Assembly: GCF_028641065.1 (NCBI RefSeq)
Contig: NC_073382.1
Coordinates: forward strand, 28,458,001 to 28,522,000
DNA length: 64,000 nucleotides
From: Leucoraja erinacea
Taxonomy: Eukaryota
Reading direction: 5' to 3'
The position numbers and the translations under genes were made by a program. How positions within the stretch are numbered: the first letter of the stretch is position 1; every line of letters starts with the position of its first letter. Below the pieces are notes generated by a model, which did no database searches, had not been told where the DNA came from, and was given only the letters and a program-made list of their open reading frames with translations. Shown here one piece after another: positions 37,178 through 49,547 of the stretch.

Positions 37178-37506
37178 TCTCAAAGTAAAACCCTTTGGAT
37201 TGAGAAAATTACATAACTTTGAAACTGGAAACTGCTGCCTATGATTGAGAGAAAGTCTCAATAAGCGGTTGGTTAACAGGCACCAAAGTGTTTCTGGGGA
37301 CAAGAGAAGCCTCTAGTGGTACAAATTGTCCACTGCACCAACAATATCATTTTGTTGGTCAAGAAATTCTTACATGCTGCATGTTTAGAGAATAACTATA
37401 TAACGATCAATAAAACAATGTTAATAATCTGTAATACTAGGTAATTAGACATAAATAATACAAACCGAAGTCTGTTGTGCAAAACAAAACAAAGTCCATG
37501 GTAGAT

Positions 37507-37730
37507 ATGTGTAAAGAGGTACTGCAGATGCTAGTCTACACCAAAGATAGACACTAAGTGCTGGAGTAACTTTGGGTCGAGCAGCATCTCTGGAGAAAAT
37601 GCATAGTTGACGTTTTGGGTCAAGACCCTTCATCAGACTGGGCATCAGACTGATGAAGAGTCTCGACTCAAAAAGTGACATATTCGTTTTCTCCAGTGAT
37701 GCTGAGTTACTCCAGCATTTTGTGTCTATT
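37507..37730. mobile_element. inverted pair of Penelope-like ends with two hammerhead cores
   Basis: Minus-strand copy then plus-strand copy; near-TSD catggtagat / catagtagat (37497-37506 / 37731-37740). Confidence 0.82.
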
Positions 37731-37739
37731 CATAGTAGA

Positions 37740-38575
37740 TTATAGTTGTTGATGTAGTGGCTAGTGTTGTGCAGTGTTTCACAGCCTGACAGTTGCTGGG
37801 AAGAATCTGTTCTTGAACATGGAAGTTATGGTTTTCACACTCTTCTACCTTCTTCCCAATCATAGTAGCAAGATGAGAGTGTGTGGCAACGGTGGCGTGG
37901 CTCAGATGATATCATGATTTTTTTAAGGGGATCCCGTAGATCCCTTAGATGGCAGGGCGGTCAGTACTTACCATGGACCAGGCAATGAGTGCTACTTTCA
38001 CATCCTCCTTTGTACCTGGGTGTTTGGGTTACTGAGCCGGGCCATGGAGAAAAGTCAATAATGTTTTCTACCATAGTTTCAATAGAGTATCAGTGACTTA
38101 CCAAATCTCCTCATCATGTGACAAAGTAGAGGTGTTAATGAGTTTTCTTTATGATAGCATTGATGTGTTGGGCACAGGGCAATCTTAAGTGATATGCATG
38201 TCCAGGAACTTGATGCCATTGACTCTCTCTGCCACACTCTTGTCAATGAAGACAGGTTCATGTCTCCCCTTCATTTCCTAGTCAACAAGCAGCTCCTTGA
38301 TCTTGCTAATGTTGAGGACACAATTATTGTCTAGCACCATTAAATCAGATTAGCAATCTCTCTCCTGTACGCTGACTCACCATTTCACATCTTTCATCCA
38401 CAGTGGTATTGTTGGTAAAATTAAATATGGCGTCGGAGCTGTGATTGACCACGCAGATTAAGTATAAAGAATAGAGTTACTCCATTGAGTATAAAGGATT
38501 GAGTGCACAGCACTGAGGCGTTTCTGTGTTGATGGTTATCTAGGAAGAAGTGTTGTTGCCAATTCGTATTAATTG
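37740..38575 (-). mobile_element. old Rex1/Babar LINE
   Basis: Reverse complement of decayed RT and C-terminal Rex1 sequence. Confidence 0.7.
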
Positions 38576-39134
38576 TATTCATTGTAAAACATTGTACTCA
38601 TTATAATAATTTAACGAATTGTAGCCTCAAATCTAGAAACCTTAGAGAATTGAACAGATTACAGCATGGGCCAGTGATGTTAATTCATTCTGTTATTGCC
38701 TGCAGTTGATTGTGTTTGTTGTTTTTCACACATTAAACAAAATTTGAATGTGGTTGCAAGTTGAGAAATGACTGATAAATCTAGCTTTCCTTTCATTTGA
38801 TTTCAAATAAGGGTCATGAAAGTCAAGATTATTTAATTATCAAATGTTCCAGCAATGGAACAATGAAATTCATGCACTGCAACTTAAACTACCCATTAAG
38901 TCATTAACACATAGATAAATACATCATTATCAATAACACAATGTTAATAACCGTAATAATAGGTAACCATGATAATGCAAAACCAATGTATGTAGTGCAA
39001 ACAAAGACACAGTCTGAAGAACATCATAGTTGCAGAGGTACTGTTTATGGTTGTGGAAAGTTCAAAAGCCTCATGGTTTCTGCAAATATGTTGTTCTTGA
39101 ACCTGATGGTTTTCAGACTCCTATACTTTGTTTG

Positions 39135-39154
39135 CCCCCCCCCCCCCCCACCCC

Positions 39155-39185
<31 letters not shown>

Positions 39186-39207
39186 ACACATACACACACA
39201 CACACAC
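39135..39207. repeat. poly-C plus (CA)n microsatellite
   Basis: Direct observation. Confidence 0.95.
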
Positions 39208-39376
39208 TGTTGGACTTGGCATTATAGAGTTTTTGAGTCAATTAATTCAACCCCAAATTCAACATTATCCCTCTATTTGTTAAGGAGATGATAGCTTGAT
39301 CATCCTGATGGCTAACACAGATAATTTGTAATCTCATAGATACAAAATGCTGGAGTAACTCAACGGGCAGGCAGCA

Positions 39377-40250
39377 TCTATATTACTAAAACTCTGTTCT
39401 TGACCGGTTTTGGGTTTCTGTGCTGCGGTTTCCGAGAGTACGCCACCACCTACGGCCGTCATTTTTGGCCACCTCGCTCGGAGCCCCCCTCCGCCGCATG
39501 TGTGCCGAGGATGTTTCCCGTCTATGAAAATTGAAAGATATATTAATGTTTTTACAACATTCCCCATTCTCTCTGCTGCCCCCGCTGGCAGGAGGGGGAG
39601 GGACAATAAAACCAGGAAGTGGTGTGCCTCAATCAGTCTCTGCAAATGGTGTGCCTCAATCAGAGCTTTGAATGACACTGACAAATGTCTACAGCACTGT
39701 GAGTACCCTTAATTTGGTTTGAAAATGAAAATATGGTTAGAGGTAAAAAAAAAAGCACTGACTGCAAATGGTTGTTTGGGTTTGGGGTGAAATAAAAAGG
39801 CACTCTCCCCCCCCCCCCCCCCTCCCTCTCCTCTCCCTCTCCCTCTCCTATCCCCCCCTCCCTCTCTTCTCCCTCCTCCCCCCACATCTCCTCTCTCTCC
39901 CTCCCCTCCCCCCTCTCCCCCTCCCTCTCCTCTCCCCCCGCTCCTCTCCCCCTCCTCTCCTCTCCCCCCTCTCCTCCTCTCCCCCTCTCCTCCTCTCCCC
40001 CTCTTCTCCTCTCCCCCTCTTCTCCTCTCCCCCTCTCCTCCTCCTCTCCCCCTCTCCCTCCTCTTCTCACCTCCCCCTCTTCCTCCTCTCCCCCCCCTCT
40101 CCCCCCACTCCTCTCCCCTCTCTCCCCCTCTTCTCCTCCCCCTCTTCTCTCCCCCTCTTCTCCCCCCCCCTTCTCCCCCCCTCTCTCTCCCCCTCTTCTC
40201 TCCCCCTCTTCTCTCCCCTCTTCCTCTCCCCCTCCTCCTCTCTCTCAAAC
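39377..40250 (+). mobile_element. Helitron-like non-autonomous element, 3' end not visible
   Basis: A|TCTATATTACTAAAACTCTG 5' end similar to 18545; ends in a CT-rich tract. Confidence 0.6.
39805..40247. repeat. polypyrimidine (C/T) low-complexity tract
   Basis: About 440 bp almost entirely C/T (ctctcccc units). Confidence 0.95.
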
Positions 40251-40354
40251 TGGACACAGTGAGACTCAGTCTGAAGAAGGGTCTCGACCTGCCTCACCTG
40301 CTGAGTTACTCCAGCATTTATTGTCTATCTTCGAGATAAACCAGCATCTGCAGT

Positions 40355-40635
40355 TAGAAACATAGAAACAGAGAAACATAGAAAATAGGTGCAGGAGGAT
40401 GCCATTCGGCCCTTCAAGCTAACACCGCCATTCATTGTGATCATGGCTGATAGTCCCCAATCAATAACCCATGCCTGCCTTCTCCCCATAACCCTTAAGC
40501 TCTATCTAACTCTCTCTTAAATCCATCCAGTGACTTGGCCTCCACTGCCTTCTGTGGCAGGGAATTCCACAAATTCACAACTCTCTGGGTGAAAATGTTT
40601 TTTCTCACCTCAGTCTTAAATGGCTTCCCCTTTCT
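40355..40635 (-). mobile_element. CR1 3' end
   Basis: (agaaacat)n tail and reverse complement of the CR1 3' region. Confidence 0.88.
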
Positions 40636-41451
40636 TTTCTGCACATTTGTAATCTCATATTAGCTTTTAATAAACTCACCAGGACCCCATTAGTAGATCC
40701 AACCTAGTTACTCCAAAGTGGATCTCCCATCCAAATGTCTATATAACTATCTACCAATGACAAATTTTGATAACACGACTAATTTAACAAGAGACTTGAC
40801 AAGGAGTCTCGATGCAGGTTTTCAACCCAAATCATCCATCACTCCTTTACCTCCAGAAATGCTGACTGATCCATCAAGTCCCTCCAGCATTGTGTTTTGT
40901 TTTGTTTCTGACAAGAAACTCCATTGTTTGTGCAGCAGGTGAGCTTTTTGCTTTACTGCAAACCAGCAATGGAGTGTCATGGGCCAGATAGTTTTATATC
41001 AGTCCCAGATTTTGTTTTGAATTCTTCATTTATTAAATGTATTTATTCTCTGCAGGAGTAATTGCCAGTGACATGCCTCATCAATCTTGTGGAACTAAAT
41101 GCAGATGATATTCTCTTTGTGCTGGGCTTTGATACCTTAATTGCTGGTTATGTGTTGCCATGGGGCAGTAGTCTTACATTATCCCTTCTGAAGGGTTCAA
41201 GGTACTGGGCATTTACTTTATTACTGACTTGAATCAATTGTAATGCCTACAATATGGATGGCATTATTAATCAACACAGCTTGAACCACTGAAAAGGTTT
41301 ACACATGTGAAAAGCACATGTAGGAATATAAGAAAGAAATCTGTTATGGGATAAATAAATACAAGATGGTCCATATAAAAAAATCGGAGAAGAACACGGT
41401 GGCACACGGAATTCTGCATTTTACATATATGGCAAAATGGAACTATAATTT

Positions 41452-41763
41452 GGGTGGCCATGGTGGTGCAATGGTAGAGTTGCTGCCTTACAGCGCAGGC
41501 AGGGCCGGAGACCCGGGTTCAATCCCGACTACGGGCGCTATCTGTACGGAATTTGTTCGTTCTCCCCCTGACCGTGTGGGTTTTCTCCAAGATCTTTGGT
41601 TTACTCCCACACTTCAAACACGTATAGGTGTGTAAGTTAATTGGCTTTGTGTATGTGTAAATTGTCCCTAGTGTGTGTAGTTAATGTGCGAACATGGTCA
41701 GAGCGTACTCGGTGGGCCAAAGGGCTTGTTTCTGCACTGTATCTCTAAACTAAAAAACTAAAC
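41452..41763 (+). mobile_element. HE1-like V-SINE
   Basis: tRNA-like head with box B ggttcaatccc, V core and CR1 tail. Confidence 0.87.
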
Positions 41764-41873
41764 ATGTACAATAGAGCATTGTAAGAGAGATGATGGGAGC
41801 CAAGTGAAGTCAAGTTTATTGTCAAATGCATAAGTATAGATACAATGTAAGGTACAGATACAATGTAAATCTC

Positions 41874-42125
41874 CAATAGATAAAACATGCTGGAGTAACT
41901 CAACGGGACAGGCAGCATTCTGGAGAGTAGGAATGGGTGACGTTTCGGTTTGGGACCCTTCTTCATACTGATGTCAGGGGAGTTTGCGGTACAGAGATAA
42001 AATGTAGTCGGAGACAGTAAGACTGGTAGGAGAACTGGGAAGGGGAGGGGATGGAGAGAAAGGGAAAGCAAGGGCTACTTGAAGTTAGAGAAGTTTCATC
42101 TGCAGTTATTTCCTACACAATGTAC
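41874..42125 (-). mobile_element. Penelope-like 3' end with short inverted tail
   Basis: TSD tgtaaatctc (41864-41873 / 42126-42135); hammerhead-derived gtatgaagaagggtcccaaaccgaaacgtca on the minus strand. Confidence 0.8.
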
Positions 42126-42284
42126 TGTAAATCTCTGTTGTAGCAGCATTACAGGCACAAACTCAAACAATGAAAAATAAATTATACACAAATTGTGCAT
42201 GACATTCTGTAAGACAGTAAAATGAAAATACACAGTGCACCGAAACAAGACAGTTCAAAAAGTTAATTAGAAATACAAAAGGTA

Positions 42285-42685
42285 TTCAATGTAGTCAAGC
42301 AGGGGACAAGCATAGAGTGGTCCCATGTGAGTGCCCACAGCTATACCTTTGATTTCAAGAAAATGCAAGGAATTTAAAAAACAGTTATTGATGGTGAGGA
42401 CTAGTTCTGCCAGGCCGAGGAGAGTATTAATTAAGGGGAACTATTTGGGTCTCTGTTCCAGGAAGAAACTGAAGGTCGTAAGGCCTTCCTGATGGGAAAT
42501 TGAGGTGTAAAGGACAATCCATGGTAGTGTGGGCTAAGGAATTTGAAGTTATTGAAGTGGTGGAGACTGTGAGCCATATCCAGGAAGTAAGTGGAAAGGG
42601 ACTAGACAAGGCAGGACAGGACAGATTCAAGGAATGTGGAGTTAAGTTTAATGTGGCAAGTGCAGACAGAAACAATGGGTCTGCA
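42285..42685 (-). pseudogene. Penelope-like reverse transcriptase fragment
   Basis: Manual minus-strand translation (with stops/frameshift): RPIVSVC...TMD..LYTSISHQEGL...LAELVLTINN...EIKGIAVGTHMGPLYAC, matching PLE RT motifs RPIVS and G.AMG..M.P.YA. Confidence 0.8.
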
Positions 42686-42689
42686 GGAC

Positions 42690-44170
42690 ACTTTCAGTTC
42701 AGTTTCAGTTTACTTTATTGTCATGTGTACCAAGGTACAGTGTAAAGCGTTTGTTTTGTGCTAACCAGTCAGCAGATAGACAATACATGATTACAATTGA
42801 TCCATTTAGAGTGTATAGATACATGATAAGGGAATAGCGTTTAGTTCAAGGTAAAGCCAGCAAAGTACGATCACGGGAAGTCCGAGGGTCACCAAACAGG
42901 TGGGCAACAGTTCAGCACTGCTCTCTGGTTATAGTAGGATGATTCAATTACCTGATGACAGCTAGAAAGAAACTGTCCCTGAATCTGGAGGTGTGCGTTT
43001 TCACATTTCTATACCTTTTGCCTGATGGAAGAGGGGAGAAGTGGGAGTGGCCAGGGTGCAACTCATCCTTGATTATGCTGGTGGAAGGAGCTGGATCATG
43101 GACTTTAGGAGGGCACATCATCCGAGGACGTACACTCCATTGAGTATAAATGGGGATCCTGTGGATAGGGTGAACTGTTTTAAATATCTGGGAGTCCACA
43201 TCTCTGAGGATATGACATGGTCATCACACGCCTCAGCACTGGTGAGTAAGGCAAGGCAGCGCCTTCACCACCTCAGGCAATTGAGGAAATTCAGAGTGTC
43301 TCCGAGGATCCTCCAGTGCTTCTACGCAGCGGCGGTGGAAAGCATCTTGTCCGGGAACATTACCATCTGGTTCGGGAATTGCTCTGCCAAGGACAAGAAG
43401 ACTCTGCAGAGAGTAGTGCGTTCGGCCGAACGCACTATGGGAACTTCACTCACCCCCCTGCAGGAACTATACAACAGGAGGTGCAACTCCAGAGCAAACA
43501 AAATCATGAGAGACCTCTTCCACCCCTGCAACGGACTGTTCCAGCCGCTATGGTCAGGCAAACGCCTCCGTTGCCATGCAGTGAGAACGGGGAGGTTGAG
43601 AAGGAGTTTCTTCCCAGAGGCAATTCGGACTGTAAACGCCTTTCTCACCAGGGACTAACTCTACAGAACGTTTTTCCTTCTATTATTTATTATGTAAAAT
43701 AATATGTGTGTTATGGTTGTGTTTATAATTTGTTTGGTTGTTTTGTTGTTCCGCGAGCATTGCCACTTTCATTTCACCGCACATCTCGTATGTGTATGTG
43801 ACAAATAAACTTGACTTGACTTGACTTGACTTGACTTGGTCTTGCCTAGTCAGCATGAGGAGTCAATAGAAGGGAGGCTGGTTTGTGTGATGGTCTGGGC
43901 TTCATCCACAATTCACTGCGATTTCCTGCGGTCTTGGATGGAGCTGTTCCCAAACCTAGCTCTGATGCATCCTGATAAAATGCTTTCTCTGGTGCAACTG
44001 TAGAATTTGGTGAGAGTTATAGTGGACATGCCAAACTACCTAAGCCTTCTAAGGAAGTAGAGGCATTGGTCATGCTTTCTTGGTCGTTGCTTCAATAGGG
44101 GTGGTTCAGGAAAAGTTGTTGGTGATATTGACTCCTAGGAATATTACATTTTCAACTATCTCTACTTCGG
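42690..44170 (-). mobile_element. Rex1-type 3' fragment interrupted by a younger Rex1
   Basis: HPGHSHFSPLPSGKRYRNVKTHTSRFRDSFF; resumes after 43836. Confidence 0.75.
43076..43836 (+). mobile_element. Rex1/Babar LINE 3' part
   Basis: IMDFRR...FKYLGVHISED...VESILSG...RSFFP; (cttga)n tail. Confidence 0.92.
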
Positions 44171-44174
44171 TCAA

Positions 44175-45100
44175 TGCAAACTTAGCTTGGTGTCAATTTG
44201 ACAACCTCTCCCTCAATGTCAGCAAAGCAAAGGACTTCAGGAAGCTTGTTGACTTCAGGAAGCATGTTGGGGTATTGCTTCAATTGTACCAAGGTGAAAA
44301 TGGCTGAGACCTTCAAATTCCTAAGCATAAATATCATCAATAATCTGTCCTGGTCTAATTATGTCAAAGCTACAGCCAATAAAGTACACCAATGCTTCTA
44401 CTTCTTTAGGAAGCTAAGGATGTTTGGCATGTCTCCAAAGACCCTTACCAACTTTTACAGATGCCCTGCAGAAAGCATACTAACTGGTTGCATCAGATCT
44501 AGGTTTGAGAATGGCTCTGTGGCTCAAGAAGGACTGCAAGAAATTCCAGAGAGTTATGAAGCCCACTACATAAACTTGAGTCCCCACCTGTAAATTACTA
44601 AATAATACAATCTGAAATCCAAGATCATCTTTAATCAGTATTTAAACTATAGCAGTACAGCAGGTTGTTAGTTGTTCAAACATCATGACCTCTTCCAAGA
44701 CTGACCAGTGCAGGAAGTGGGTGTTAGTATAAATTGAACAGTAGGGTGGGGTGAGTGATGCTATTCTACTATGATTGGTTCCCATGCATAAACCAATCTA
44801 CACCACCTTTGACTCTATGTACACTCAATGCTGCCCAGGAAAGCAGCCAAAATAATCAAGGTCCTTTTTCATCCCATTCATTCCCTCTTCTGTCCTCTCC
44901 TGATGGGCAGAAGAGCCAAAAGCTTGAAATCCCGTACGCTAGGCTTAGAAACACTAGACTCAGGAACAGATTCTTCCCCTCTGTTATTTGACTGCAAAAC
45001 AGTACTCCAATAAGCTCGGGTCTAGTCATGATCTTCCAACTGACATTGCAAACATTGGAATTTTTCCTCTGGAACTGTAACACTACAATGCTGCAACTCT
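44175..45100 (+). mobile_element. old Rex1/Babar fragments
   Basis: WCQFDNLSLNVSK, TLTNFYRC, RLRNRFFP remnants. Confidence 0.7.
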
Positions 45101-45445
45101 ACAGTCATAGAGTCATATAGCATGGAAGCAGCCCCGTCAGCTCAGCTTACCTATGCTGACCAAAATACCCCATCTACCCTAGCCCCATCTGCACAATTTG
45201 GCCCATATTCCTCTAAATTTCCTATTCTCATACCTGTACAAATACCTTTTAGATCTTGTAGTTTCTGCCTCAGCTATGTTCTCCAGCAGCTTATTTCATA
45301 TACCAAGCAGTCTCTGCGTGAAAAGGTTGTCCCTCAGATTCTTATGAAATCTTCCCCCTCTTACCCTAAACCTATATCCTCTGGTTCTTGATTTCTCTGG
45401 GTATAAAAACTTTATGTGTATATTCCCCTCAAGATATTATACATG
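45100..45445 (-). mobile_element. CR1 3' fragment
   Basis: agtcatagagtcata tail and reverse-complement CR1 3' sequence. Confidence 0.65.
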
Positions 45446-45469
45446 ATACTGAATAGATAAAATATTTTG

Positions 45470-46200
45470 AGAAGTTGGTTATGGCACATATCAACTCCTA
45501 CCTCAACAAGAAACTTGACTCACTACAATTTGCTTACTGTCACAACAGGTCAATGGGGGATGTCATGTCGCTGGCTCTCCACTCTGCACAGGACCACTAA
45601 GAAAATAAAGGCATGTACCTAAGGCTGTTGTTCACAGACTACAGCTTGGTGTTCAACGCCATAATTCCCTTCAATATGGTCACCAAGTTCATAAAACTGG
45701 GTCTCTGCGCCTCTCTCTTCAACTGGATCTCCAACTTCATCAACTAATCACACCCAGTACAAATTGGCAGCAACACTTCCCCTTCTATAACTGTCAGCAC
45801 AGGAGCACTCAAGGCTGCATGCTCAGCCCCCTGCTCAACTTACTCTATACTCATGACTGTGTAGCCAAACACAGTTCCAACTCCATCTCCAAATTCACCA
45901 TTCACAGTTATTGGATGAATTACAGGTGGCATTGAGTCAGAGTACAGGCGGGAGATCAATCAACTGACCAAATGGTGCCAGAACAACAACCTTGCTCTCA
46001 ACGTCAATAAAACCAAGGAACTGATATTTGACTTTGGAAGAGGAAAACTGAGGATCCACAAACTTGTCTTCATCAATGGGACTGTGGTGGAGAGAGTCAA
46101 AACCTTCAAATTGCTGGGCGTGCATATCTCTGAAGATCTGTCCTGGACCCAGCACATTGATGCAATCTTAAAGAAAGCACTTCAATGCTTTGACTTCCTT
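45470..46200 (+). mobile_element. Rex1/Babar RT fragment
   Basis: LQFAY, WCQNNNLALNVNKTKELIFDF, FKLLGVHISED remnants. Confidence 0.8.
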
Positions 46201-46234
46201 GGCTGAATTACATGTTCCTTATTAAACACAATCA

Positions 46235-46725
46235 CTTGGAGTATTGTGTTCAATTTTGGTCACCCTGATGTAGGAAAGGTGCCTTTCAGCTGGAAAGAAG
46301 GCTTTACAAAAATGTTGGCAAGATTTGAGGTTCTGATGCATCAAGAGAGGTGGAGCAAATTAAGTTTTTTTTCCTTGGAGTACAGGAGGCTGAGGGCTAA
46401 TCTTGTAGAGTTTATAAAATCTTGAGTGGAATTGAAAGGGTGAATGCATGGAGACTTTTTCCAAGGGTTGGCATATCAAGAACTAGAGGGTGTGGTTTTA
46501 AGATAAAAGGGAAAAAATAGGAATCTGAGGTGGAAACTTTTTCACACAGGGGCTTGTGGGTATATGAAATGAGATGCCAGTGGAAGTAGTTGAGGCAAAT
46601 TAAATAACAGTACTTAAAGGACAATTGGACAGGTACATGGATGGGAAAGATTTAGAAGGATATGAGTTAAATACGGGAAATATGGGCTTGTGTAGGGCAC
46701 CTTGGTTAGTGTTGTATGGCTTTAT
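46235..46725 (+). mobile_element. old CR1 3' fragment
   Basis: cacttggagtattgtgttcaattttgg (HLEYCVQFW) onward. Confidence 0.7.
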
Positions 46726-46784
46726 GGCCCAATAACTGTAGGTAAGTTACTGTAGGCAATTATAGACCTGTTAGTTTGACTTCA

Positions 46785-47408
46785 GAGCATTGAGTATAGA
46801 AGCTGGGGTGTAATGTTAAAATTGTTCAAGGCATTGGTGAGACCAAATCTCGAGTATGGTGTACAATTTTGGTCGCCCAATTATAGGAAGGATGTCAACA
46901 AAATAGAGAGAGTACAGAGGAGATTTACTAGAATGTTGCCTGGGTTTCAACAACTAAGTTACAGAGATAGGTTGAATAAGTTAGGTCTTTATTCTCTGGA
47001 GCGCAGAAGGTTAAGGGGGGACTTGATAGAGGTCTTTAAAATGATGAGAGGGATAGACAGTTGATGTGGACAAGCTTTTCCCTTTGAGAATAGGGAAGAT
47101 TCAAACAAGAGGACATGACTTCAGAATTAAGGGACAGAAGTTTAGGGGTAATATGAGGGGGAACTTCTTTACTCAGAGAGTGGTAGCGGTGTGGAATGAG
47201 CTTCCAGTGGAAGTGGTGGAGGCAGGTTCATTGGTATCATTTAAAAATAAATTGGATAGGCATATGGATGAGAAGGGAATGGAGGGTTATGGTATGAGTG
47301 CAGGCAGGTGGGACTAAGGGGAAAAAAAAGTTGTTCGGCACGGACTTGTAGGGCCGAGATAGCCTGTTTCCGTGCTGTAATTGTTATATGGTTATATGGT
47401 TATATGGT
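46785..47408 (+). mobile_element. CR1 (HER1-like) 3' part
   Basis: LVRPNLEYGVQFWSP...FFTQRVVAVWNELP; (ttatatgg)n tail. Confidence 0.92.
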
Positions 47409-48664
47409 AAGGTTTAGGAATATTCTGAAGGAAAACAAGAATCAGAGAAGTTTGAAAAGAAAATTCTAGTGCACATAAATTGGTAGACAAAAGCAAGGCC
47501 ATCAATAATAGTATGAATAAATTCATGGATGAACAAGAAGCAAGAATTAGAGTGTCCCTATGTGGAAATGTAGTAGGACTAGTGGACATAGAGTAGCTTG
47601 AGGCAATTGGAAAATTTGGAATCAAGAATGAGAATCTCAAAATTGATATGTTGCTTATGTATGGGTCTATATGCATGAGTTGAATGGAGGTTTGGTAGGT
47701 TAACTGGCCTTAGTCCAAGTTTGGATGTGGATGGTAGAGTATTAGATAATGTCAAATATTCTGGAGAGTAAAATTGAGGGAATTTAGTCAGGATGGCCTA
47801 CCAATAGGCTCAAGTACTTGTAACAATAGATGAATGATTCAAGTAGAAATGTGCTTTTAAAAACAAACAAAACAATTGAATGCATCAAACTAACAGAATT
47901 TTTAGACAGTTGATTTCCCTGCATTAACCTTCCATCCACATCTGGTCCCAATAACCTGGCTCAGGATAGCGGATTGGTTTCCTGGCCTAATTGAAGGGAA
48001 ATCTGTGAAATATCCATTCCACATGAGAAACTAAACAGAAGAGCACAGGCAATCAGCCGAGCAGGAAATAAAACTTCCACTAGTGCTCAGGAGTCGCAAA
48101 CTTCCAGCAAGTGAATAAAAGCTGACAGTTAGATATGAAACTTTAGTTTATATTTGGATTATATCTGTCCAAATGTTGCACCTCCTATTTCTACAAGAAT
48201 CCAATACCCCTCCTGAAGCTTTACTTCCCATTTAGTTTCTCAGCTGAATGTTTCCCCAGTGACTTTGCAATCTTCACAAGCCTTCTTAATGTTTTTTAAA
48301 CCTTGAAATTTCCAGAAACAGTTTATTTAGTTGATTTTAATAAGAGCGATCCTATGTGATCCAATTTGCTACACATATTATTTAAAAATTGAGTATTCCC
48401 TAAAGAATCTAATGCATTATTGGAAAAATTATATAAATAAAACGGTATCAATATATTATTTGAGTAAATTCATGAGTTTGAAAACTGTTTTCAAGTATTC
48501 TTCATTCAATTTTAATGGAACTAATTTCTGAAGCAGCATAGAATGTGAACCATCATATTATTGATATTGTACTAATGACAGGCAATACATTTCTAGATGA
48601 CTGACAATTTAAAACCATGCTTTTTCTTCAGCTCAACCTCATTATGTCAAAATGCAATAAAATG

Positions 48665-48732
48665 AAACTGCAGGTGTTGGTTCAAACACCCAAAGATAGA
48701 CACAAAATTACTCCAGAATTTTGTGTCTATCT
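48665..48732. mobile_element. PLE-derived fold-back hairpin
   Basis: Perfect 16-bp inverted repeat agatagacacaaaatt / aattttgtgtctatct (48694-48732). Confidence 0.75.
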
Positions 48733-49547
48733 CATTTTAAGTCACATCACTATTGAAAGGTATTGATGAATCTCAGAGGAATTGAACTGTCACAGTAATG
48801 CCTCAAAGTTAATTTAAATATACATCACTATCTTATTTTCTGCAATTGATGTTTATGTGCATTTCTCTGGATTAATTGTGCTATTAAAATCTCATAAACA
48901 CATTCAATTTAAATAAGAATGATATACCAATGTTTCAGCATATGATGTGTGATTAACTGACAAATAATTTTCTTGTTAAAGACAGACATTTAATGAGCTG
49001 TCACTCATGCTACCTATAAAACCAACAGGATGCCATTCATTTTATAATGATTTGTTTTATTTCTGACTTGCTATGCATGCACAAAATCCTGTAGTTTCTG
49101 TTTATATGTATATAATTTTTGTGTGTGAAGTGATTTGCATGCCCAATGTGAAAGAGGCAGTAACTTAAAGTGACATATATAGTATAGTTTGGATTTTGTG
49201 ATTTTTTTTCCCCATTTAGATAATAAAATAGAAATGTTATAATTTAACATTTTTTTTATGTGTTAAAACTTGGATTAGGTACACGTATCCTTTGCTGGAA
49301 AGGCCAACAACACAAATCAAATGTTGATGTTCATACTATAAATCTTTGAAAGTGCCAGGACATGTTGAGAGAATGGTTAAACATATATGTAGGATATCAA
49401 GATTCATATGTAGAGGCATATGGTACAAAGCAGAAAGATTACTAAAAGTTTTATAGAATGCTGGTTGAGCCCGAAATGGAATACAGCCATCAATTTCAGT
49501 CACCAGACTTTAGTAGGGTGTGGATCAATTTCAGTCACCAGACTTTA

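Larger units (their letters stand above)
39337..40355. mobile_element. inverted Penelope-like ends interrupted by a Helitron-like element
   Basis: PLE tail (-) at 39337-39376; PLE (+) with ctgaagaagggtctcgacc at about 40260-40355. Confidence 0.7.

Noticed and set aside
39660-40297. Arg/Gly/Glu-rich and Pro/Leu/Ser-rich ORFs
   Set aside because: Translations of a C/T low-complexity tract.
49489-49547. 24-bp direct repeat atcaatttcagtcaccagacttta
   Set aside because: Local duplication at a CR1/Rex1 junction with no further structure.
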